DNA of 63,154 bases, filler included, from Octopus bimaculoides (GCF_001194135.2; 4 parts of 4 records of this genome joined end to end with filler, not necessarily neighbours in it), one strand, 5' to 3'; positions 1-13,079 are shown, counted from the whole stretch's first letter. Translations and numbers: made by a program. Notes: generated by a model not told the origin, from the letters alone.

Positions 1-3000
1 TATATATATATATATTAATTGATTGATTAGTTAGTTGGTCGATTATTTGCTGCTTTATAGATTCTTTCATTAATATATTTAATAATGATTCAATTTATTC
101 ATTTATTCGCTGAGTCAGCAAAGTGCTCAATTAATTAATACATGAAGCGGCTATGGTTCGTTTTCAGTCGTCCTATAATTATCAATTGTGATTCCAATTA
201 GAATGGAACTAATTCATGGAAACAGTTGGGGATAGAATACGATACGGTTTCTACATCGGTAACATCAATGTGGAATGGATGTGAAAGCCAAGAAGAGTCG
301 TAAGTGTTGAAGTCATGGAAAAGTTTTATTTCAAAGAGTGGTATTGTGAAATGTTCTTGATATAGGAAGAGATAAGCTTACTATATTATATAATGCAGTG
401 GCGAGAAGAGAACCACACCTCAGTGACAAATATTGTTTCAATAAAGGTTTCGAGTTTTGGTACAAGGATAGCAAGTTCATATGAAGAGGATAAATCAATT
501 ACGTCGACCCCAGTGTTCAACTAGTTCATATTTTATCGAACCCGATGGGATGAAAGTCAAAGTAAGCCTTGACGAAGTTTGAACTAATAATGTTCTCAAA
601 TTTTTAGTACGAGATTAGCAGTTCCGCAAGAGTGGGCAAGTCGATTGCAACAAGCTCAGAACTCAACTGGTAGTTATTTTATCACCCCCGAAAGGATAAA
701 ATGCAGAGTCGACCAGGGAAGACTTGAATTAGGAACGTAAAGATGGACGAAATTCTACTTAGCATTTTCCCGAGCGTGCTCACGATTCTGCCAGCTCACC
801 GCTTTAGAATTTCAACTAATATTAGTTTCAAATTTTGGTACAAGGCCAGTTATTTCGGTTGAGGGTGTGAGTCGATTACATAGACCACAGTACTCAAATG
901 GTACTTATTCGTCGACACCAGAGAATTTAAACTAATATTAGAATAGCAAGATTATGGTAAGTAAGGCGGTAATGTGACAGAATCGTTAGCACGCAGGACA
1001 AAATGCTTGGCGGCATTTCGCTCGTTTTTATGTTCTGGGTTTGAATTCCGCCGAGGTCCACTTTGCCTGTCATCCTTTCGAGGTCGATAAAATAAGTACT
1101 AGTTAAGTTTTGGGGTTGATGTAATCGACTTACTCCTCCCAGATATTGTTGGTCTTGTGCCAAAAGTTTAAAACCAATGATAGTATGGAAAGTATGGGCG
1201 ATAACTTTCGACATCTCTAGGTCTTTTTTAGAACTCTTTAGCGAAGCATACGTTTCTTTGTACTCTGTCATATTAATGAGAGAATCATTATATTAATATA
1301 CAATAATTCACATGAGTAAACCTCAAAAATTATCATAATGACTGAAATCAATTACCCAGAGACTTCTTGTGTACGAAATTTAATAATCAAATGTCGTCAT
1401 AATTCAGAGAAGAGAAAGATATAATTAATTAATAATGCTTTCTTGTTTTCATCGTATAAGGATATTTAACTTATTAGGTATGCTTAATTAATTATCCCTC
1501 CGTCATCCTGATAATTTGTCATACCTTATCTTCTGCATTATTGAACATCGATATTTTGTAATTCTCTTATCGCTAATCTGGTAAGTAGTAAGAAAATAAT
1601 TCTTCACTGGAAATAAGACCGAAATACGTTCAGTCTTATCACCACTACTTGCCAAAATCAGACTCAACTAATATTCGTTTCAAATTTTGGTACTAGGCCA
1701 GTAATTCAAGGGAGAGTATAAGTCGATTACATCGACCCCAATGTTCAACTGCTACTTATTTTATAGACTCCCAAAGGGTGAAATTCAAAGTCGACTCCGG
1801 CGGTATTTGAACGTTGAGCGTAAAGACGGGCGAAATACTGCTAAGCATTTTTCCCAGAGTGGAAACTATCTGCCAGCTCGCCGCCTAATATTAGTTTCGA
1901 ATTTTTGGCACAAGGCCAGCAATTTTAGGAGACGGGTAAGGCAATTACATCGACCCTAGTGTTTAACTGGTACTTATTTTATCGACCCCGAAAGGATGAA
2001 ATGCAAAGTCGACTTGGGTGGAGTTTGAACTCAGACGAAAAGACAGACGAAATACTGCTAAGCATTTTGCCCGGCGTGCTAAGTATTCTGCCAGTTCGCA
2101 GTCTTAAAGGCTTAACTAATATTAATAATTGAGCTGTTTTCTTCTCCGTACCGCATAAATATTGCTCATTAATTAGATTTTAACCGTTTCTCATTAAGTA
2201 TTTCTAACTTGATCAGTCCTTAACTTGGTAGTCGTTGAAATATTCATTTGGATAATATTTTATTCGAGAAGCGGTTGCCTGGCAGAATCGTTAGTGCGTC
2301 AGATAAAAATACCTAATGGCATTACTTCCGGTCCTTTACGTTATGAATTCTAATTCCGCTAACGTCGATTTGTCTCTTTCAGTGTCAAGAAAATAAGTAC
2401 AACTGAACACTGGGCTCCCTGTAATCAACTAAAACTCCTTCACTTAAAATTGCTGGCCTGGCGCCAAAATTTTAAGCTATTATTTTATTCTAGAGGGGTC
2501 AACGTTAACCGTGAATGAGCTATTGAAATCAAAGTTCCATAATTTGCTAGTTAAATCATTTTCATTCTCTCCTCTTACCAAATATTTCTTAATAATTATT
2601 TATTTTATTGGTTTTTTTTAGTTGACATGGTTGATACTTTCCACTCACAATATGTTCTTATGCCATAGTACTTAAGAAACATCATTATATCTTTTCAGGC
2701 CCTACTGCGATTTAAACATATTAGAGGTAATTAACATAATTTATTTGGCGGTAATATGACACTAGGGAATATTTCGATTTACTAGCATCACAGACTTCTA
2801 CGACGTGGCAGTGCAAATACATTTTTTTAAAAATTGATGTACTTTTTTCCATAGATGAATTATAAAGTGTTTTAGAAATGTAGAGATGTATTTCACAAAT
2901 ACTGCAGACTTTTGTGTATTTGTAACTGTTATTTTTATGGTTGTTACTGTGCTTTCGATTTCTTTAACTGATTTAACAGCTTCCCTGAGAACAATATGTT

Positions 3001-3798
3001 TAATTTTGATTTTTTTATCACTGATTTGCTGCCCTGTTCTTTGCACCAGACATGATTTATAGGAACATTATTGAATAAGTAACAAATAACTCCATTTTTT
3101 AAAAACGATGTTTGAGATAAAATACAAAATACATATTACAATGTTCTACAAATCCCTAGTGCGTACCAAAAATATTTTACAATTCGTTATTACTGCTGAT
3201 TTGTCTGAAATTCAATGAAAATTTATCTTAGATTTAAAAAAAAAGTCTTAAATAAATGTAGATTCTTAAAGTGTAAAATCCAAATACATTATTCGGTCTG
3301 CAGACACTAAGTCGCACCAAATTTCTTTGCATGCAGTTAATTTCTTTTATAGTTATATTAATACTTAGACTGTAAATATAGTTCCTTGTGCATTTCATAA
3401 CAATATGTGGCATATGTGCAATTATGGGCATCACATCAGCAATTTATTTTCTATCCATTAATTAGATTAATATTTTACTTCATTCGCATGACTAAAGTTG
3501 TAAATAATAATTTATTTTCATTCATCAAAACACCAGAAGAGAACACAGTCTCTTAAATCCGTTCCAGGGTTTAATTGATACTGACAGTAACTTGAAACAT
3601 TGCAAAATTCAAACTGTCCCGTTTTCTTCATATTCCGATGTAAATTAAACGTTATTGCTAGAACTGTAGTACAAGCAAATTGACGTGTCAAAGTTAAAAG
3701 TAATATTTTTTAAACAACAAAAGCCTATATCAGGTTGCATTTATTTTCAAAGTAGTTTTTGCTTGGGCAGAGATTTTACTTTATTTACATAGACGTAT

Positions 3799-4031
3799 CT
3801 TATTTCTATACTGCCCACAAGCAGCTATACACAGAGGGGACAAACAAGGACAGACAAACGGATTAAGTCGATTATATCGACCCCAGTGCGTAACTGGTGC
3901 TTATTTAATCGACCCCAAAAGGATGAAAGGCAAAGTCGACCTCGGCGGAATTTGAACACAGAATGTAGCGGCAGACGAAATACTGCTAAGCATTTCGCCC
4001 GGCGTGCTAACGTTTCTGCCAGCTCGCCGCC
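3799..4031 (-). mobile_element. SINE family A copy with a perfect 14-bp TSD
   Basis: ttacatagacgtat at 3785-3798 and 4032-4045 flanks ggcggcgagctggcag...gttcaaattccgccgaggtcgactttgcctttcatcctt...taagcaccagtt. Confidence 0.92.
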
Positions 4032-4519
4032 TTACATAGACGTATTCATGTACGAAACGACGTAGCTTTCAGTGCTGGCTCTAAACTTTATAGAAAGTCT
4101 GTAAATTACACTTTAAAAATGAAGACAACGCACTGCTAACACAAAGTAGTATGCAGTATTCACATACAAGCCTTTAATATACTTGGTACAATATTATGAT
4201 GGCAAAACGAAATACGGTGTCCCTACCAGCAATTAATATATACGTACCAGTTGCCAGGAATATGTCTAATATTTAAAATTGGTCTATCCAATTGTGTAAC
4301 ACCGCTAAACTTAGTGGCTATTTAAGCAATCTATTTGTGGGTGGTTAATGGCTCGCGAAGGAGCAATAACTCCTGAAATATGCATACACAGCCATTATCT
4401 TATTTACTGTCTTCGACTGCATTGTTTACACTGTCGTACGCGAAACGTCGTAACCTTTCAGGGCTGGCTCTAAATTCTGTAGTAAATCTGTAGAGACACA
4501 CTTAAAAAAAATGAAAGAT

Positions 4520-5045
4520 TTTATTGTTCAAATGTATTACTTCCTGTGACAGAATACCACAGAGTATGCCGCCGCTCATTTTCACTAAAATACTGTTGCG
4601 ATTTTTTCTTGATTTTATAAGTAGTAAGTCGGACCACATTAATCTAAAAACTGCATTTATTTCTTACAGTCTTGACCTCTTAACAAACCTCTTTACTTCG
4701 GTTCTATGAAACATTTAGACGTGGAGGAATTTCAACCATGTTTCGTGGTCTGCTACCACAACAGCTCCTTTATAGGATCCAGTTATCTCAAGACATCATC
4801 AGGAGGAACCACGTCTGGTTTCGGCCCCTACTCCTCTACCGTTTTGACGTGCCCCCCCCCCCCTTTCGGAGGTGTCTTCAGCTCTGGTGTTGGGTGCATG
4901 TCTTCTTTCTTCTATTCCCTGGCCTCTTCGATGCAGCATCAACGAGTGTCAGCGTCCGACTGCCTGTCTTGTCAAATTCCCCTTTTTTATACCTGCTGCT
5001 AGGCTCCAGCAGGCTGCTCCAGCAGGCTGCCCTAGCAAGTTGTCA
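4520..5045 (-). mobile_element. Possible 5' region of an RLE-type (NeSL/HERO-like) retroelement
   Basis: GC-rich island with a short duplicated motif (gctccagcaggct x2) and a frameshifted CCG...KHGLK...SKC resembling an N-terminal zinc finger. Weak. Confidence 0.25.
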
Positions 5046-6711
5046 CTCTTAACTCAATGTATTTGCATACAGCTTACATTTCTTGGTACAATATCCTGTA
5101 AAGTTCGTTACTGGTTAATGTACGGCCGTGAGTTACTGCATGATAATTCTGCAATTCAAATTCGATATCTTGATAGATAAATCAATTTCATTCTTCCTTA
5201 TTCTTCATATCTATAATTTCCAGTCGCAGTCAGTAACATAGAAAGTGATGAACTCCAACAAAATGACTCGTCTTTAAAACATTATATAAATAGAAAAACT
5301 TCCGTGTTGACCCAACAATCCTTTAATGGCTACCGTACAAGTTCATGTTCGAAGAAATTCGCTCCTTACACTTCGTTGCTGATGTTGTTGTCGTCAGTGA
5401 TAATGGTAGGATGGAGGGTTAGCTGCAAATCACTTTTGATCGAACAAAGCTATCATCACAGGTATTTCAGTCATAGTCATCATCCCTTCTGTTTTATAGA
5501 CAAATTGTACTTTGGAGAACAATAACTACAGAACTACATTATCGTATGTGTCCTTCCATTTTGAAGACTCTAGTGCACTGATTTCCAAACAGTGTGCTTC
5601 ACGGGTATCTAATTATGGTATGCATTTTTTTTTAAGTTTTTAGAAAACCCATACTTGTGTTTCAGCGTCATGACAACAAGCTGATTATTTTGTTATACAC
5701 ATCCATGTTTGATAAACAAAAAATGGTAAACAATGTTTTTCTATGACTATTTTTGTAAATTTATAACCTTAAAACATTGTTTTCCATTACTTGCGAGATG
5801 CACGAATAATTTATTTTATTTATTTATGTATTTATTTATTATAAAAGAATAAAAGATAGCTTTAGAGTATGATTTGAGGGAGATTTGGCAACTATAGCCA
5901 GCAGGTTGAGTGGCCATGTAGAAGTTCTCTCATTATTTTGCGGCTTGTTTTTTCTTTTTCTTCGTTTTATTCTGTGTTGAAATTTCTTTAATCACAATTT
6001 TCTTTCGACAACGATAATACCTTCAGATACATCTGATTTATAGCTTAATAATATACAGAATTACATTTCGACAGATTGGCACTAGTTGTTCAAGAACCAG
6101 ACAATTGAATGTCATTAAACTCTCTTTAGAAAATAATTTTAACAACGCCTCTTCGTTGTCTGGATACAGCGAAGCCACCATTATTTACTCTTTTCATCAA
6201 CTTTAATGACGACAGAAAAATAGAAGCAAAAAATAAAACAATAAATGAATGGCGAGCACACAGATACACACGATCTCAAAGACACGTACATACTTATACG
6301 TATGTATGTGTGAGTACACACAGTTAGGCACTAACAAATACATATTTCTGCTCATAAAGTTTGCATACACATAGATATATAAACACTTACGTACTGACTA
6401 GCAAAATTACACATATATCTACAATACAGACTTTCATATAATGTATAAAATGCAAATATAAGCGTACGCAAATTAATACACATGCAACACGAATATATGC
6501 TATACCCATGCAATACATACAAACACACATGCAGTTGAATATATACAGTACATTAGCAATAAATGCATGCGATATATATATATATCCACGCATACATACA
6601 TTTTCGAGCAGATAGTAGGTCAAAATGCACTTTAAATTTCCAACCGCGAAGAGATAAACCCCACACACATACAATCATACATATATTATACACACACATA
6701 TACATACATAC

Positions 6712-6746
<35 letters not shown>

Positions 6747-6747
6747 C

Positions 6748-6785
<38 letters not shown>

Positions 6786-6791
6786 GCACAC

Positions 6792-6965
6792 ATTATACCA
6801 GTGACTATGAGGGCGTTTGGTTATGTAACTGACTCAACACCAATCTTGAAATATAGGACTTCACAAAATCAGAAAGGATACTGCTAATTCGAAAATTACA
6901 ATTAGAATACATGCATTTAAATAACAGTAAAGACGTATAAAGCATTCCAGAAATTTAGTCTGAAA
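6792..6965 (+). mobile_element. Short 3'-terminal fragment of a related RLE-LINE
   Basis: IIPVTMRAFGYV resembles the IPIIIGALG motif at the end of the RLE domain. Flanked by TA/TACA microsatellite. Confidence 0.5.
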
Positions 6966-6979
6966 TATTCATACGTATG

Positions 6980-7052
<73 letters not shown>

Positions 7053-7440
7053 ACACATACAGACGTACGTAGATGACCGCTACATAGATAAAACGTACAA
7101 ATTCATGCACGCAGTGAATTGCATACATACGCATACATATGAGTGTGTGTTCATACGTGTAAAAATACAAATATGGAAGCATACATGCAACATATATACA
7201 TACATACATAATATTGGTTTCAAATTTTGGTACAAGGCCAGCAATTTCTGGAAGTGGGATAGGTCGATTACATCGACCCCAGTTTTCAACTGGTACTTAT
7301 TTTATTGACCCCGAAAGGATGAAAGACAAAGTGGAATTTGGCGGAATTTGAATTCTGAACGTAAAATCGGAAGAAATGCCGCTAAGCATTTTATTCGACG
7401 CGATAACAATTCAGCCGTCTTGCCGTCTTACACACATATA

Positions 7441-8892
7441 TATTTCCCATAATTTATTCGTGGACAACCGAAAGATCTCTGCCCGAAAATAGCTGGATTT
7501 AATTATATTTTCTGCTGATATTGGAATGGAGATTAGCCAAAAGAAATGCTCATATTTAACACCTGAACCTGAAAAAAAAATTGTTCCCCAAACTCAGACG
7601 TACGTAGATGACCGCTACATACTTGCTGTGTTCCACAAAATGAGTGCGACAAATACCTCGGTGATGATAAAAATATTTCATAAAATGGTACCGTGAACAA
7701 TAAGAGAATAACCATAGAAAATTAATAGACTTCAAAATATTTGGTAATCAGAGCTTTCCTCTTACAAGAAGACAATATCCCTCGATGGATTTCATGTACT
7801 GATACCAACGTTTCGGATATTCGACTGGTCTAAGGAGGAAATTCACTCCATAGACATTAAAAGTCATAAGATCATGAGATTGACTGCAACTTTCCTCAGA
7901 AACAGACTGACTCTGTGAGAAGAAAAGAACGAAGAAAAGGTTTAAGGTCAGTAAAAATTGCATTCGAACGTTGTGTGATATCACTCAGACAACACCTGCT
8001 AAATAATAGCAGCAAAAATGAATACATCAACCATGAGTTGATAAATGAAGTGAATAAAATCCTGCAGGTCGGCAGTGAACTTCTCAAGAAATATTCATTT
8101 CCTGATGACCTATCTGAGAAGATAAACACTCGACAAAAACCACAAGAAGATAATAAATTGGTATGTTTCCTGTAAACTAGGGAATATTTACGTGATGTGT
8201 ACGCCTGTTCTCAACTCGCGATGGCTACATCATATCACATCTTGATGGCTATATCACGTCAAATCTTGATGGCTGTGCCTTTGCAATCCAAGAGCAGAGC
8301 TAGCTACAAGACATCTCATGAACAAACAAAACAGCAAAGCCCTTAAACATTCGAAGATATAACTGCATATGTTAAATATGTCCCTTTCCTGTGGATGAAA
8401 CAACGAGTGTAATCAACAGATGTCCAAACATTTCATCGAGTACTACCTTCCACTGCGACATTATGTTGTTGCTAAAACAATTTACTATGCCATCTGCAGA
8501 AAAGACTGTCTTGGGATAAATAAATAAATATATATATATATAACAACTCTGCTTTGGAATGCATACATACTTATCATAACACGGAATATTGTTGGAATAT
8601 TCCCATCAAAACCTCTACCAAATACAAACGTAACAGACCTGGCATAGTTGTTTAGGACAAAAAGAAAAGTCATGTACAGTCATAAAGTGGGTTGCCCGAC
8701 AGTTGTGAACATTTCTTCCAAGATCATAGATAACATTTATAAGCATCAGCTTGGAAACCTGAAACTTTACATTCATACCAATAATCATTGGTACACTCGA
8801 TTAGTCACAATTTGGAGAGGCTAGGATTTCAAGCAAAAAGACCGGCTAACACGATCTTTAGAATACAATCAGTAAGTGGAATAGAATAGATA
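7441..8892 (+). mobile_element. Degenerate 3' half of an RLE-type non-LTR retrotransposon (R4/Dong-like)
   Basis: Ordered decayed motifs: ISHNLFVDN (YxDD-box equivalent), FSADIGM...KKC, DKYLGDDKN, TFRIFDWSKEEIHSIDIK, RRKGLRSVKIAFE, an AIQEQ-like motif, YYLPLRHYVVAK, WNIPIKT...NRPGIVV (PD motif), FTFIPIIIGTL. Confidence 0.8.
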
Positions 8893-11100
8893 CGCTGGTC
8901 AACACAATTAAATGTATTATACTCATTATGAATGCAAACCAATTTTTTTAGACTAATTTTTCATGCTGATTTCAAAATTTCACTCCATTTGTATGCAGCA
9001 TGTATCAGTTTTTCAGTAGATACGTACAAATATTTACATATTTATAGATATGAAATCATTAACGTAATAAATAAGGGCATATTATTTTTAGAAAGTAAAC
9101 GAGTTTATTGAGTAAAAAATCATAACTATCATTCTACAAAGAGCGAATGCACAAAAAATGGGTCAGACAAAACAGACAAAGTTAGAACAACAGAGAAACA
9201 TTGTGATTTGGATTTCCTGCAGTGTTTATGATCTGGTTGATCACGGTAAAAGCAGTTGTCAGCCAGCATACTGTCATTCCGGAAGCCTTAGTACCGTTTC
9301 TCCATAGCACTAATGTCCTGGTGAAATCTTTCACCATGTTCATAAGACACTGCTCCAAGGTTATCTGCGAATAAATCCAGATGGGAATCCAAGAAGTGAA
9401 CTTTCAGTGACATGCGACAACTCATTGCTGAGTAATATTTCAGAAGATTCTTAATGCCATCCTTGTAGTCCATTCCCTTCTTGTTGCCCAAGAGCTTCTC
9501 TAATTGAAAGCATTCCAGACAAGCAGTTCTAGTTCATCCAGTGTTGTCTTGAAGTTGACATCTTTGAGTACTTCTCTAATTTGGGGTCCGACAAAGATAC
9601 CCTATTTCAACTTCGCCTGTGTGATTTTGGGAAGCTTTTCTACAATATACTCAAACCCTCTGGAATTTCTCTTCCCTAGTGTCTTTACAAACCGTTTCAT
9701 CAGTCCAAGTTTTATGTGCAAAGGAGGCAATAAGACATTACATGGATTTACATGAGGTGTATTATTGACGCTAGGCACTCCTGGCTGGTATGATGTTCTT
9801 GTCTGCCAGTTTGATTCCGAATAATGCTTGTCAATTGCCTGACTATCCCATAGACACAAGAAACAACAGTATTTTGTAAAACCTGACTACATTCCCATTA
9901 ACAGTCCAATGACTTTTTAAATCTCCACATATTTTCCATGAATATCTTTCATAGGTAATGACATGAAGTAAAAGTTCCATATATCATATGATTCATGAAG
10001 ATGAACGGAGTGTGTAGTAGGAATGGAGGGCTTCAAATTATTATTATGGAGAAATACAGTTTTTGAACTTCGTTTTGAAGAGTCGATAAACAAATGCTAC
10101 ACTGCAGGATCATGATTTTGTCATAACCATTCGAACAATCCATCGATGTTACTGCAAAAGTAAAGCGGGCATTAAACAGAACAACACGTTTGTAGAACCA
10201 CATTTCTCTACCGAAAATAAGTTATATGAACACCGTGCTCTAGCAGACACTTCTCTTTCAGTCTTGATGCCAAAAGTTTCGCTTTATCTTTTGAGAAGGA
10301 TAGGTCTCTGACAAGGTCATTTAGTTCAGCTTTGGAAAATTTCTGAGGTTCAAAGCTATCGTCATCAGCCACGTAATCTTCTTGAGCAGCACTATCGGGA
10401 CAGTCGGCATCATCATCTGATGTTTCAATACAATCATCTGGTGGAACTGGAATTGGCAGACTTCAATTGTGAGGCACAGGTCTCATTGCAGAATCCAAAT
10501 TGGGATACACAATTTTGTATTTATTCTTCATAGAAAATCCTGAGACATTTACTTTGCAAAAGTCATTAAAACGATCTTTTGGCTCCCTCCATATCACTGG
10601 AATGGCAAAAGGCATGGACTTCTTATTATTGAACCAGTCACGTAAGCCATTTGAGCAAGCTGAGCAGATAAAATGTGGTGCCCATAACTCATCCTGATTT
10701 CCAAGACGACAGTCAAAGTATTGTCCACAGACATAACAAAACACATCAGGACGATTTCTACACTGTCTTGACATTGTTAACANNNNNNNNNNAAAACACC
10801 TATTTCATCAGACAAAACTTGATTGGCTAATTTAAGATGATGAAATATTGCATCTGAACTATGCAGCAATGAATAATGTAGTTTATTTTAAAGGTATGTT
10901 TCCATGATGTAAATGAAATACATGCATACACATCATTAATTGGAATTTCTATATAATGCATGAGCTAAAACCAAAAAACTTTCTCATCTTGAAAACTGTA
11001 CGTGATGTCAAAAATCTAATTGTATATTTGAGATCAGCATTAAAAACTACACTAAGTACACCTTGACATATGCTTGATGAAAAATACTTGTTGACCAGTG
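8893..11100 (-). mobile_element. Chapaev3-like (CMC superfamily) DNA transposon, near full length, with disrupted transposase
   Basis: TIRs cgctggtcaaca (8893) and tgttgaccagtg (ends 11100), plus related subterminal motifs ttttcatgctgatttcaaa and ttttaatgctgatctcaaa (minus strand). Transposase fragments in order: CRNRPDVFCYVCG, WAPHFICSAC, WREPKD, FIDSS, CGDLK, CFLCLWDSQA, LLPPLHIKLGLMKRFVK, MSLKVHFLDSHLD, SYEHGERFHQD. Flanks are ata/tta (3-bp TSD with one mismatch). Family name comes from remembered motifs. Confidence 0.8.
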
Positions 11101-11249
11101 TTATCAATGTCGTTATCTAAATTTCAATGATAGAACTTTTGTTTCTTTAAAAAAAACTTGTTCCCTAATTATAATAAGAATATGCATGCATATAAACATA
11201 TATACATATATACATAAGCAAACATACAGACAGACAGACAGACGTACGT

Positions 11250-11860
11250 CAGGAAAAGTTGTGTTCTGTTATGGAAATCAGCTGCTCTCTGGACACCAGT
11301 GTGGTAGGGAAAATACAGGAGGAATGGGACATCTTTAGACCATTTATAAGGAGTTTGGAAATCCAGTACCAATGATAGACTTTCGGCATCATACCTTTTA
11401 TTATTGGAGCGACAAGATCCATACGAACCTGTCTGGAACAAAGTATGATTAAACTTGTGTGATTGCGGGAAAAACGAAAATCCTTAATTCATACACTGCA
11501 AATGATCATGAAATCTGGCACTATGAAGATCTGCGAGACTTTCTTAAGATTTAATAAAATGATGAACAAAGCAAGATTCTTTTTGTTGCAGCCTAGCTAT
11601 TAAGCAGGTGACCGGACAAAACTTATTCTATATTAAAAAAAGAAAGAGATCATACATACATACATACATACATACATACATACATACATACTTTCAACCT
11701 GAATGCATCATGGTTAAATACAATTGAGAGAGAATACTGTATCAACACTAATTGTCTGTGTTAACTACATCCCAAAGATGGCGCCTTGTCTCTTTGCTGG
11801 AAACCGGCTCCCTCCTCAGTGGGAGATTTATAATAATTAAAAAATAGATGAGACTTACAT
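11250..11860 (+). mobile_element. 5'-truncated RLE-LINE 3' end (endonuclease C-terminus plus 3' UTR)
   Basis: Plus frame reads KLCSVMEISCSLDTSVVGKIQEEWDIFRPFIRSLEIQY..FGIIPFIIGATRS...GTMKICETFLRF*, followed by (TACA)n tracts. Confidence 0.7.
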
Positions 11861-11927
11861 ACCTACTTACATACTTGCACGCATACATAGATACATACAT
11901 ACGTACCTAAGTACGTACATACATGCA

Positions 11928-11961
<34 letters not shown>

Positions 11962-12136
11962 CATACATACATACGTACGTACGTACGTACGTACGTACGT
12001 ACATGGCCATTTATGTGATGTCCAAACTACAATGAAAGATTTTGCTTGCGAATTGAGACACCTTCTTTACTGCATAGAAGTGTGAAAAATAAAATCAGAA
12101 ATGTATGCGTGCATACGCAGAGACACGAGCGTGCAT

Positions 12137-12180
<44 letters not shown>

Positions 12181-12295
12181 ACATGCACACACACACTCAT
12201 ATACATACATACATGTTGCACTAGTTACTGTTATAGAGAGGCCCATAAAATCCTTGTTAATTATCCTAACACATGAAACTGTAAGCATAACGATA

Positions 12296-12330
<35 letters not shown>

Positions 12331-12469
12331 AAAAACACACACGCGTGAAGGCGCGTGGCTTAGTGGTTAGAGCATTCCTTAGAATCTCGTTAGATTTCGA
12401 AATCTAACGAGATTCTAAGGATTTAATAATAGTTATGTATGTGTTTTTTCGTGTTTTGTTCGAATGGCA

Positions 12470-12555
12470 ACCACTCCTGAAGAAGTGCCAAATGTCTAAA
12501 TCCAATGGACCAGTCGCTGGATAAGTTTGGCACAGAAATGTTAACATAGAGTGGT
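12470..12555 (+). ncRNA. Type I hammerhead ribozyme-like motif (Penelope-like element pseudo-LTR relic)
   Basis: Stem I accactc/gagtggt; core CTGAAGA (12477-12483); stem II gtgccaaa/tttggcac; GAAA (12535-12538); palindromic stem III atgttaacat; NUH = ATA with cleavage after 12548. AATAAA follows. The 10.1/11.1 position is an A-A mismatch. Confidence 0.65.
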
Positions 12556-12736
12556 GAATAAATCGATATATCGAATTTGAAGTCTCTGTCTCTTTTGAAT
12601 ATGAAAATTTAAAAGTTTAAAAACCTTATAATATAAATATAAACTGTGAGAACGACCCTTAAGGAATCTAGTTAATGATCCCCTAAGGTAAGTTCTTATG
12701 CTATATTGGTAACGGTTGCTACATCCTCTGGAAAAT

Positions 12737-12773
<37 letters not shown>

Positions 12774-12875
12774 GGGTATATTTATATATATGTATATCAT
12801 ATATGTATATCATATATGTATGTATGTATTAATATATATGTATGTGTGTATATGCGTGTGTATGTGTGTGTTTGG

Positions 12876-12912
<37 letters not shown>

Positions 12913-13038
12913 CGTGTGTGTGTACTTATAATTGATTGATCGTTCAAAAGGAAATACTCCCAAAAGTAAGTTTCTCTCTCCACCCTCCCTCTTTCTCTCC
13001 TTCTCCCTCTTTCTCCTCTCTTTCTCTCTATCTCTCTA

Positions 13039-13079
<41 letters not shown>

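Noticed and set aside
2886-3062. 58-aa hydrophobic plus-strand ORF, and a minus-strand CKEQG match resembling TMTC4
   Set aside because: Hydrophobic ORFs are expected in T-rich DNA. The nearby acceptor leads to stops in all frames, and the CKEQG context does not match TMTC4 and lacks splice sites.
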